From Paragordius varius (Eukaryota; Animalia; Nematomorpha), in contig OZ176050.1 in the NCBI GenBank assembly GCA_964247055.1, positions 7,936,001 through 8,000,000 on the forward strand: a stretch of 64,000 bases of DNA, in the 5' to 3' direction. The translations under genes were made by a program, and so were the position numbers. Below are positions 37,191 through 49,100 of this stretch, one piece after another (the first letter of the stretch is position 1; each line of letters starts with the position of its first letter). A model generated the notes under the pieces. That model worked only from the letters and a program-made list of their open reading frames with translations. It searched no databases and had not been told where the DNA came from.

Positions 37191-40100
37191 ATGCCACAAA
37201 AATTGCAACTAAAACTGCCCATCAAGGTAAGCGCAAATCAAAGGGTCTTTGTTTGTGTAATACCAAAAAATGATCGATCTGAAAATTAACTTTTGGAATT
37301 AAAACCACATAATGAGTATCAATCATATCTTTATATTAGAACATATGTTCTGGAAGTTGGAAACTGTGAAAACTATCGTTATTTGATTACCTTCGATAAA
37401 GAAACCATTATCCCTTTATTTTTTGAAAGTTTTATTGAACCTAGAACAATTATGGAAAACAAATTGGATACTTTTGGCTTCAAAGGTTTTGAATCATATA
37501 AATAAAGAAAATTTATACAATGTAAATCGATGTGCCATTGTTCAAACTATATTCCTTATTAAAGTTAAGGCAATCAAAACATCCATCAATTATGAAAATA
37601 TGATGCTGGAAAGTGATGAGTATATTTAAACAATAATTTTAGCAATAGTTTTTGCGTATTACAGGTAAATGCATTAATCATCGACACCTGTTTGTACATA
37701 GAAATTTATATATATTTTTAAAATTTGTTTCCAGAATCTGGATGACCCGGCTTTTAATCATGTTTATTTGCGTTGTACATCAAAAATGAACCATATATCC
37801 ATTCAATATTTACCAAATACATCTTATGCTGTATGTTTTTTGTGTAAATTCTAGATGAAAATTGTTTTGTTCAATAAACATTCCAGAAACTTATCATTTT
37901 TTATGCTTGATGATGACCAAATTTTTGGTCATTCTATCCTACCTCTAGTTGCCAATGATCAATTGGATCCCGTCGGATCCATTCACAGTTTGTAATTTTT
38001 TTATAAACACATATTTTTACAAAATTTACCATTTATCACAAAAAATTACAACATTAATGTGGTTTGGCAATTTCACATTTTTTTTAATTTCAATGATATT
38101 GATGCAAGATTGTCAATATCTATAATGTATTATTTAGTAAAAATTAATTGATTCTAGAATTTTCGTTGAGCATGAAAATTCGACGAAATTGTTCAAAACA
38201 GAATTAATTTAAGTTTTTTTTATCAAATTTTAATAATTATTTATAGTTTAATAAAGTTTATGGTGAAATGTTAATTATTCTATACATAAATATTTTGGTG
38301 ATCATAACTTAAACATCTAATCTTGGAGCAAAATACAAAAATTTAATTTGGTTTGACTAAAATATTTGCCCTACATGATTAAATTTGGGCAACGATTGAG
38401 TCTAAATTTTTAAATATATTAATTTTAATACATTTATCATATTTTGTTTAATATACTTTTTTATTTGTACAAAAAAAAGAAGACCACTAAATCTCTCTTT
38501 TACATAATTACCCAGGAAAATTCATCACTCATTATCCATATGATTGCGCTTTATGAATTATTGAAAAAATGAATATAATTTTTTCATTGTCAACTTGTAA
38601 GAATTTTATCTTCGAAGCTAAGACCTTTTAAATCAGAATATTATTATAGTTAGCTTAAGCTAATTTGTTTTGGGCCCTTTAAAAAAATTTGTTAGGAGCG
38701 AATGGGTAGCCGTATAATACTTTTTTTTAAAATTTATCCCGTTTCTGAGTTTTCTACTATTCGATTAAAAAATATTATTTTGTTACTTATCACAACTATT
38801 TTTTATACTAATTTTATTAAATATTCGTGCAATCGTTTATTCTATCTTACTTATTTTTCATAATATGAAAATAATAAATATTTAACGATTATTGTTTCAA
38901 AGTAATATTGTCGATAAAACAGAAAATTATCAAATTAATAAAATTTTATTGTAACTTGTATATAATATAGTATTATTAAAAATATTGGATTTTCGGATAA
39001 ATAATAAACTTTATCTAAAAATTATAAATAAATGTTTAATTTATAATTTATACACTTTGAATTAAATAAATATATATATTCGTACAAATATTTTTCATAA
39101 TTTTATATTTTCTTATGATGTAATATAGTTGAATACAATACAATTAAACCCGTTCCATTTTGCCAAAGGGAATTAATGCTTTTAGAACCGATTTATCAAC
39201 ATTTACCCATGTATCAATTGGAAGTTGGTCACAGGGGCATGGGATCTTCATTTCGAGTTGCAAAGTAAGACTTAAAACACGTATAAAAATTATTTTAAAC
39301 AATATTCAATTTAATATTATAAACTTTAATATAAAGTTAATAAAGTCGAGATAAGTTTTGTATTTTCGTATAAATCCATAAAAATGTTGTTATATTTTTT
39401 TTTAATAACTATTTGTTCTAATGATTTATATCGTGTTACAAAATCAAATTTTCATAATTATATTGAGATTATTATTTTTAAACTCTAACATGTATGCTTA
39501 TTATTATTTACCATGTTAGACCATCAAAAATTTTGGAAAACACTATCTTTGCATTTAGATCGGCATTTGAACAAGTACCTATACATATATGTATATTATG
39601 ATTTGGATCATTTTGAATAAAATATTTTTAAGGTTAACATTATACAATATCTGAAATTATCAATTTATAATAATTTAACCTGTTTAATTTTGACGATTAG
39701 CATAAACAAGGGGTAAAAAATTAGGTTTCAGTTTTAACTATAATTAAACTTTTCTATGAATAAAAAATAAGGGTGCATTATATTAAAATAGAATAAATGT
39801 ACAAAAAATTTTATCCGAAACCTATACTTGGTAAATTAACATTAAATATCATTTCTTTAATTTTTATTAACCCTGCATCTTAATATAATTATTTTTCAAA
39901 AAATAGTCGATTAAAATTATAATCCGTCACTTCCGATCATCACAATAAATTGAAGATTTGATTGTTATAGGGTTTATTATATTAAAAATTTGTTTCCATC
40001 TTTCATTTTTAATTTAACGCGCGATATAAATAGGTTATTTGAATTACTTTAAACCAATATATTATATCAGGGACTGAGATTTGTGGAATTCGATGTACAA

Positions 40101-42988
40101 GTTTCCAAAGATCTCATACCATTAATTTTTCATGATTTTTCGGTCGTCACTTGTTTGGAAAATAATGAAAACGCCCTAATTCCAAAAGAAAAAATTAACG
40201 GGGAAATCCAATCACCCTCTACATACAAATTGATGGGAATTCACCAGTTAAACCATAAGGAATTGATTAGTTTAAAGGTAAAATATTTTGAATTGGGTTT
40301 GTCGATTATTTATATTAAATATTTTTTGTATCATTAATACAATTATTTGGATTATACATTAATTCATCAGAATATGGCATATTTTCATATTCAGGTTAGT
40401 TAAAAATATATTTGTAACAAAATTTCGACTTTTTTCTGTAGTCTTAATATTATTATGTTGACTTATATTGATAAATTGGATTTTATATTCCCATTGTTCT
40501 TATCATGATCCTGCGTAGCGTTAGTTCTTGTTGAAGTTAATAATGTTATTTATCTTATTGTTATAGACAAAATGATTAAAAGGGTGTTTAAAAGTTTTCT
40601 TTTTTAAATTTGTATTTTTTTATAACAAATTCTAATTATTTAGCCATATTAGTTTGCCATTTTTCTATGATTCTAAATTATTAATTTTAAAACCTAAAAT
40701 TTATATAGTAAATGTAAGATTTATTTTTACTCTATCAATTGCCGACCTATAGGCCAAGTATATGATTTCAATTTAAATTTAAAAAGGTTTTAACTATATG
40801 CCCATTATTTTCACTTGAAATATAGAAAATATGCTTTAATTACACTTAACAGTTCAGATTTTTTATCATTTCGGTTTTTGAGGTATATATATATATATAT
40901 AGCTGTATCATGAAACTTTGCTGGACTATTCTGGGAAAGAATTAGAAATCATGAAAGGTGAAAAACTTTTACCCAATGCCAATCAAAAATTGGTAATTTA
41001 TTTAAATAAATAGACGTTCATTTTTCTTTATAAAAATTAATATAAAATATATATTCTAAATAAATATGTATCAGGGATTGCCAAACCTAAAATAAATTTT
41101 TTGTCCCCCGTTTCGGCATTATTGTTTTTGATAAAATGGTTCCCTTTTTAATTTTACAGATGAAATTATTTTTATATAATGTGAATTCGAATACTACTTT
41201 TCAGTAAAAAACCCAGAAGTGTTTAAAATACAAAACAAAATAATAAAAGGTTAATACTAAAAAAATAAGAAATATTATTTTGAACTGATGTTATACAATG
41301 TTTAATAACTAATTTCCTGTTTTATTTCTTGAATATTTAATTTTAATATATAACTTATTATAGATTCGTGATTTAACCTATAATGGTAACTCAACAGACG
41401 TAGAAGTTTTGGAACCCGTGTACAATCATGAAGAAATAATCAATGGTATAATAATTTTGTTTGCATATATATCTAGTTAAAAAAATCCGTTTAATTGGAA
41501 CAAATCAAATAGCATAACGTGAAAATGTATATGTTTATTATAAATATATAATTGATGCAAAAAAGCAGAAACTAAATTGTTTAAGCGTCAATATGTATTA
41601 TTTATCAATGAAATTTATTAAAAATAAAATTATTTTATTTACATCCAAAGATAATAATAATGAGTTAACCAAAGCTATAGAAAGTGAATTTTGCGCTTTT
41701 CCTTCGTTACGAGCGGTTTTAGATGAATTACCGGAACAATTGGGTTATAACGTCGAATTCAAATATCCCATGCCATTTGAAGTAAATATCTAATTTTATC
41801 GTTTTCTTTTTATATAATTATCCTATATGGGCCAAATAATTTCGGTTTCATTTTTTTGAATAGTTTATAATTATTTTTTTAAATATAACTATATAAACCA
41901 CATGAATTTTTTGATTTTTCGTGGATATACAGTATGAGTAAGTATATATTGCTAGAATGTTATAAATTATTGCCAAATGGCATAAAGAGAATTATTATTG
42001 GCTAATAATAGTAGTTGAAAAAAATAATTATACGCCAATACTACTGTCCTTTGTTGTATATATTATTCGGCAATAAATAACTTTCTAGCAATGCATACTT
42101 ATACTGTTACTTTTTTGATTGAAATAAAATATGAATTATTAAAGTATCATTTATTTTATTGAATTTTAAAAAGAAACAAATGACTTCCGTTTGAAACCGC
42201 TCCTATGGTTTTTAAAACGGGTGCAAAAAACCAATTGTTTCTTGCTAATTGAAAACTGTATTTTTATTAGGATGGAACTCATGAGAGCCTAGATGGAAAT
42301 TATATTGAAATGAATTTGTACTGCGATTTAATTTTGAAAGAAATTTTTCGTTCCGATCAAAGACCCGAGAATATTAATCGCCAGTTAATATTTTCATCAT
42401 TTCATCCGGATATTTGTTTGATGTAAAAAATTTACTTTTTTTAACCATAATCATGAAAATAATAATATAATAATTAGATACATTCCCAATGTTTTTTAGG
42501 TTGTCACTTAAACAACACCGATATCCTGTTATGTTGTGTTTTGATATTTGCAAAGACTTACACCAAAATGATCTCAAAACAACCTATTTTATCGATTCCC
42601 GCACTCACAATTTGAAGCATGCCATCAATTTTTGCGCAGCCAATTCTCTTGCGGTATTTTCACATCTTATAACATTTAAACAATATATTTTAATATTGTT
42701 TCAAAAAAAAATATTTTTAATTTTAACTATTGTGGTTATAATTTAGCTTAAAATTAACAAGGTTGAAAATAGATTCACTCTTACAAGCAATACAATACTT
42801 TAATATTTTTTTGATAGGGTCTAAGTATTAAAAGTAAAACGCTTTTGATGGACCCAGAAATCGTAGAAACTTGCAAAGATCACAATCTCAAACTCTTAGT
42901 TTGGGGCTCAGAAACATCTGATGAAACCTGTCGTGCCAGTCTCTTTAAAATGGGAGTAAATGGAATAATATATGATAAGATATCATAG
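37191..42988 (+). CDS. GPCPD1: Glycerophosphocholine phosphodiesterase (degenerate CBM20-like N-terminus plus GDPD domain), multi-exon; the 5' exons and the 37990-39185 interval are only partly resolved
   Basis: Exons 39186-39264 (LEVGHRGMG), 39520-39574 (ENTIFAFRSA), 40071-40277 (FVEFDVQVSKDLIPLIFHD), 41364-41445, 41651-41781 (FPSLRAVLDELPEQLGYNVEFKY), 42271-42422 (LIFSSFHPDIC), 42500-42653 and 42818-42988 (GVNGIIYD) are phase-consistent. The N-terminal YRYL...ESFIEPRTI...DTFG resembles GPCPD1. Confidence 0.88.
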
Positions 42989-43104
42989 ATATGGCCAATT
43001 AATGCAAAACAAAAAATTAACCAACAATTATTTTTGTTATATATATATATATATATAATGCAAATTTTTATGTAGTATTTATTGAATCAAATATATATTA
43101 ATAA

Positions 43105-45417
43105 TTAAGGCACAAATGTACTATACCACATAAATCCACTCAGCATAGAGAGACCAAACCTATTATTTTATTATTTAATATATATAAATATAATTTAAGT
43201 AGTATTACAAATAGATTTTATCAAATTTTTATCTATACGATAGATAGATCTATATACAATTAAATAAATTCTTATATATTATAAGAACAATACTCAATTA
43301 TCATTTTTGGTTCTTTAATAAAAAATGTAGCGTAGTTCATAAATTTTAAGCGATGCGATTCATTGTTCTTAAATAAAATATTGTTAGTATAAAATGATTC
43401 GAATTAAAACAAACCAATATTTACCAAGTTATTGCATAATTCAAATGTTCATTCCGTAATTGAATGTTTGTTTGACCAGTAATAGGCGGTGGTAGAGTTA
43501 AAGTGTTTTTATCATTGATTAATGCTTTAGATTTTGTTGTACTAGGCTCATTCGTTTCAGTGCTTCCATCAATCATATCGATAAAGAGTGGATATGTTTC
43601 CAAGATATCGGCCATAATCTCATCTCGTTTAAGGAATATGCGTTGAGTTAACATTTGATTAGTTACTTCTTTCGATCGTGTTTCGGGATGTCGTATTAAA
43701 CCATGAATTTTTATGGCGTGATTTGGCGTTGCACCATTGATGATTTGATTTGCGTATTCTAATATATAAAATTATATTATTTGTAACTTTGTAGCATAGA
43801 ATCTGGGATCCATCCACGATTAACCAAAAATTTGAGGCTGTATATAAATTAGATTTAAATGAATGAAATATGTGAATATATGTTATGATATATTTGCCAA
43901 GTTATAAATTTGATAAATTCAAAATCAAGTAGTTTTAACCGTAAAGATATTTTTGGTGTTTCATGAGAAAATAATAACTTAAATTCTAAATTTCAATTAA
44001 TTGGTAATGACATTCGAAATTATAGAATGACTGGAACATCTGTGGTCCGCAAATTTGTTAAAAAACCAGATTTAAAAAAATATTATTTTTATAGCAGTAG
44101 TGAAAAGCAAAATTTATTATAAATTAATAAGCTGATTGTTAGGACATATAATGTTATATCTTAATAAAATTCTTAATTTTAAAAATATATTGCTTCGGCA
44201 ACTAGGTAACTACTCAAATTTTAAAATAAAGTATTTATCTTTTGTTTAACTGAGACCTAATATGCGAATTAGAAAAAAATGAGTTGTTGATAGGCCCGGA
44301 TTTGACTGGTTATTAATGCATTCAAAACACATTAATCACCGTGACTGCTTATAACGTGTCAATTATATAAATATGTTAATCAGATAACGAAAATATAGTA
44401 TAATGGTGTGAAACATAAATTTCAAATGTAAAATTAATTGAGACGAATTAATTTTTTTGCTGTATAGCATAATAAATCGATTGTTAAAAAGCGGTTGACA
44501 CCCAAACTGGGGCCCAAATAGTTTAAACCAGGAATACTCAACCCGAGGGCCGCATTGGGCCCTAAAAACGTTTTTAATGGCTTTGAAGATATGTATCAAT
44601 TTTGAGTAAAATTATCTTCAAATGTGTCAAAAAATTATGATTATCGGTATTATATGGCCCTTGAAACCAGGTAAATGTATATTGATGCCCTCTCAATTTT
44701 TTGGTGATGCCATTGGTTTAAACCAAAATTATGCTGTTTGTCAAATGAAACAGGTCGTTTTAAAAACTCTGAACATAAACCAATATAGTTTTTGATAAAC
44801 CGAGTTGGCCCCAACCCATAAAAAGGTTCCTACTAAAATATCAGCGGCGACGTGTAGTGGTAATCGTGCTTAAGAAACTTAATTCTACGTTGACTTATAA
44901 GGTTACTCTTTATTTAAAATAGATAAAAATAAATTTAAATAAAAAAATTACTTAGGTTCGTGCGATGATAAAAACGGTTGGATAACATGATATCCAATTT
45001 TTTTGGATGTTGTAATAAGTCCTGAACTATTATTAGAATGCGAATCTTTAAGAATCCTGGGACCAATAAATAAAACATTTGGTAAAAATAGGCCCTCCGT
45101 GTATACATGCGAGTATTCAGGTATGGTATTGAATTCATCTTTGCTAAAATATTATTATAAAATATACAAATCATCAATTAATTTTGGTTGCTGACGGGAC
45201 AATTTTTCTAACTGGTCTATCAAATTTAATTTCCATTTTCTACGCTTTATTTGCCAACAACCCAAACCAAATGTTACTACTGGTATTGACTAAATTAAAT
45301 AAACTATACTAGTAAAGTTATTGATCTATAAGACCATAGAGATTTCGGTCGTTTGCTTCTATTTATGACAGAATATAGTCTTCTGAAGTCATAAATAATT
45401 TTAAATTTTATTACCAT
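43105..45417 (-). CDS. SURF1: SURF1 cytochrome c oxidase assembly factor, 6 exons: 45417-45310, 45289-45168, 45143-44952, 43837-43788, 43758-43425, 43159-43105
   Basis: The spliced translation gives [82 protein letters not shown]. Introns are 20, 24, 1114, 29 and 265 nt, with all phases consistent. Confidence 0.93.
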
Positions 45418-45444
45418 ACTTTGCACTTTTTTGTACGTAAAAAC
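45418..45444. promoter_or_regulatory. 27-nt interval between the divergent SURF1 and NUP62 start codons (putative bidirectional promoter core)
   Basis: CAT at 45415-45417 and ATG at 45445-45447. The interval contains an imperfect palindrome TTTT-G-TACGTA-A-AAA centred on 45434-45439. Confidence 0.5.
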
Positions 45445-46136
45445 ATGAGTTCAGGATTCAATTTTGGTGCTCCCTCAAGTATTTATTTTATCAATTTAAC
45501 CAATTTTCAAAAAACATTTTTTTACCCCATGAATATGATAGGTTCTGGATTTAGTTTTGGTGGAAGTGGATTTTCTTTTGGAAAAAGCGTAGCAAGTTTA
45601 TATATTTTTATTTATTATAAGGCACAACTACTAGTAATATAGCATTTGGAGTTCCCTCTACAACTAGTAATTACATATATAATATTAGCTGCTGCCTCTT
45701 TTGGATTATTTAATGCGCCCATTAATTTTGGGACCGCGCCCGGATCTTCGAATGTTTTCGGTACATTGAATATATCATTTTTTTAGGTCAAAATCAGTCT
45801 CAATCGACTGGTCAAACTTTTTCTTTTACAAATACAGGTATATTACTCATTGCACATTTATAATTGATTATAAGAATGAAAATGCATATAAATGCTTTAA
45901 AAAGCTGTTTAAAACGACTAAAAATTATTTATATGTTCAAAAAATTGCATAACAAAATAAGAATGACTCAATCTATCTCCAGAATATTATAACTTTTAAT
46001 TAATCATTCCTAATTGTTTATATATATTTTAAAATTTGATTTGGAATTTTATGCATGATTGGTTTTATATGTAATATAATTTAAATTTATATGCAATTTT
46101 TTCTAAGTTTTTGTATTTTTGGTTGATCAAGACTAA

Positions 46137-46174
<38 letters not shown>

Positions 46175-49100
46175 TGAATTTTGTACCTAACATATCTAAT
46201 CACTAAATAATTTATTATTACAATATAAATTAAAGCCAAACATTAAACTTTATACTTATATAATTACCGGTATAAACGTCAAATTTAATTTTGAATTTTC
46301 CTATTGATGCGGAAATGTTTAAATTGTAAACTTACTTTTTTTACCCATATCTTTTTTCCTTTTCATTGATTCTTTCCATTTACAACACATGATAGTTGTC
46401 ACAACAACGACTAGTAGTAGTAATACTTTATTTGGCTCCGGACTTTTCAGCAGTTTTTCCTCCAATGTCGCATCTGCTCAATCAACGACAGCGACCCTTA
46501 ATAATCCAACGATTGGGGGATTTTCATTTTTGAATACCGCGCAAACGACTACAAGTAGTCAATTCTCATTACCATTGGCTAAAACTAACACTTCCATTTT
46601 ATCCGCCCCCATGGGTGGTTTTGGACAATTTCCATCTGCCACCACTTCTACTTCTTCTACGTTTAATTTTGGAAAAACTTTAACGACGGGTGGAGGTTTT
46701 TCTTTCAATCCACCTTCCAACACTGCAGTAACAACAGCAAATGGTAATTTAAATAGTATTATAAATTTAAATTAGTTGTTAGTTTCGAGGTTTTTTTGAT
46801 AATTACTTAAGCAAGCATTATGGATATTAAAATGAAAACTTACAATATTATATAATTCAAATAATATCATAGGATTCTTTGCTTAGTGATTATTTTATGG
46901 ACATTCATGAATTTAAGGTACTTATTGTTTATTATGATGTAATATAGATCATCATTAAAATTGTATAATTCATGTATTTTTAAATGCCATGGATCAAATT
47001 GTTTAGTTGTTGGTTTATAAAATCATTCATATTAATATGGTCATTACATTTCATAATTGCTTAAATATTTGTTTTTTTTACAATTATTTGAAGCAAGAAA
47101 TGCGTTGCAATTACGTGCTTCGAAAGAGTTTGATATTAAAAAAAACTACCATTATAGCGATAAACAAGCAAGAAATGGTTTGTCCACATTTCAATTAAAC
47201 AGCATTATGTTTCTATGAAATGCTTGCTAAAATAAAACAGGCCAAATTTAACTTTGATAATACTCTATTAAGTTAGAAATGTACTTAAAATAACTGTAAT
47301 CATCGCAGTTTATTAACATTTTGCGACACATAAATTTAGCACTATCGTTATTACACTTGGTTGGTAAAATTAAATAATGTTTTTGTATTTGAAAAAATCA
47401 GTTGTGCCTCCATCAATTGTTGCCATTACCACAAATTCTACACCAGGCTTATCATTTTCTTTCTTAAATCCATCTACTACCACTGCTCCATTAAGTTTGG
47501 GGATACCGGGTCAGAACCTAAACTTTGGGAATTTGAGCGCAACGCAAACAGTCCCGAATGTTGGTATGCTAATTTTTTGACTTATTTTCAATAAGCACGC
47601 CTTATGACCCCTATAATGGGGAATGTATAAAGGCCCTTTTTTAAAAATACTTTCTTTGATATTTTGATAAGTAATAATTTATTTTTTTTAATTTAATTAT
47701 CATCAAAGCTGTTGATCTACCATGATGAAAAAAATAATATATGATAAAATATTATTTTCAATACCTATTAACTAATTAATTAGTAAGAAGATACACGCAA
47801 CTTTTGGATGTTACATATAAAATTAGGTCATTGTTATAGCCTGAGAATCACCATGATCTAACTAATTTATAAGGGATTTTTATACAATTCCGATTTTTAT
47901 GGGAGACATACTGTATTTTTTTTAATTGAGTGGGACGAGGGTTCGTAATGTATTATTTTTATAGCATTACAATTAATTTTTAAAAAAATGCACATTTGGT
48001 TATTTCATATCACAATGGCTTCTTTGTGATTTTTCTTTCTTTTGTCCATTAACGGTTCGTTTGTGATTTTTTCTCCTATATAAGTAATATCAATCATGAT
48101 TTTGTTCATTTTTTAATTTAATTTTGATTGTTTTGTATTATATACATATATATATTTCTTAACTAATCTCCTGATAATGCCTATGGCAAAAATTTAAGAA
48201 TCAATAGTTTATATTTTATTTTCATGTTATTTTACGACGATTCCCACATCATGTACTGTATTTTTATTAATTTTTTGATATATAATATATATGTATATAT
48301 TTTTTAAATGCATTAGGTCAACCGTCGTTTTCATTTCCGAGTATGGCACCATCCACAAATGTTCAATCAAAAGGAGTTGGCACTACAACATCATCACTCA
48401 CTTTTTCTTTACCATCGGGTAAATTTTACGGGTTGATAGTTTTAAAAAATACTATAGTTGTTTTAAAAAGTTCAATATACTATTCTTTCGGCACATGTGA
48501 AAATATATATCAATAATTTTTACATGAATAAATATTGTTATTATTAGGCTCATCGGGTTTTAGTTTTGCTCCAAATGTTACGACTACGAATTTAAGCACT
48601 ACCACAGGATTAACTTTTAATTTAGGAGCTAGTTTATCCAATAAACAACCAGTGATCACCACTCAAGGTTTAATTTTACAGAATGTGTTTTATGTTAAAA
48701 ATTTTATTTTAAATAGTTGATTTTAAGTTAGAAATCATGTGTCAACCGATTTATATAAATTCATTTTTTACGTTAAATATTGACTCATCGTTAAGATTTA
48801 AGAATATAGTAATCAGACTTGATTTATTTTTTATACATGCAAAAATATATTTTACAAGAATTTTTTACAAGTGCATTTAAAAGTGAAACCTCACCTCAAT
48901 CTATGCACCATATATTCGAATATGATATAGATTCACTCTTTTGAAGTTAAATACTGCCAAAAGTTTTATATAAATTTTAATAACCTATATGTTTTAATCT
49001 CTTCTTGATTATCCGGAATTTGTAATTTTAGCTATACCATCAACCACAGTATCATTTCTTCCAACATTCAATTTGGGTGCGGGCCTATCATCAACCCAAT

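Noticed and set aside
37287-37289. Stop-codon reassignment suggested by the in-frame TAA in GPCPD1
   Set aside because: TAA ends SYAP1, SURF1, NUP62, HAP2 and the CNDPs at the expected positions, and no other conserved exon contains it in frame.
46142-46172. (TA)n microsatellites here and at several other sites
   Set aside because: Ordinary for an AT-rich genome.
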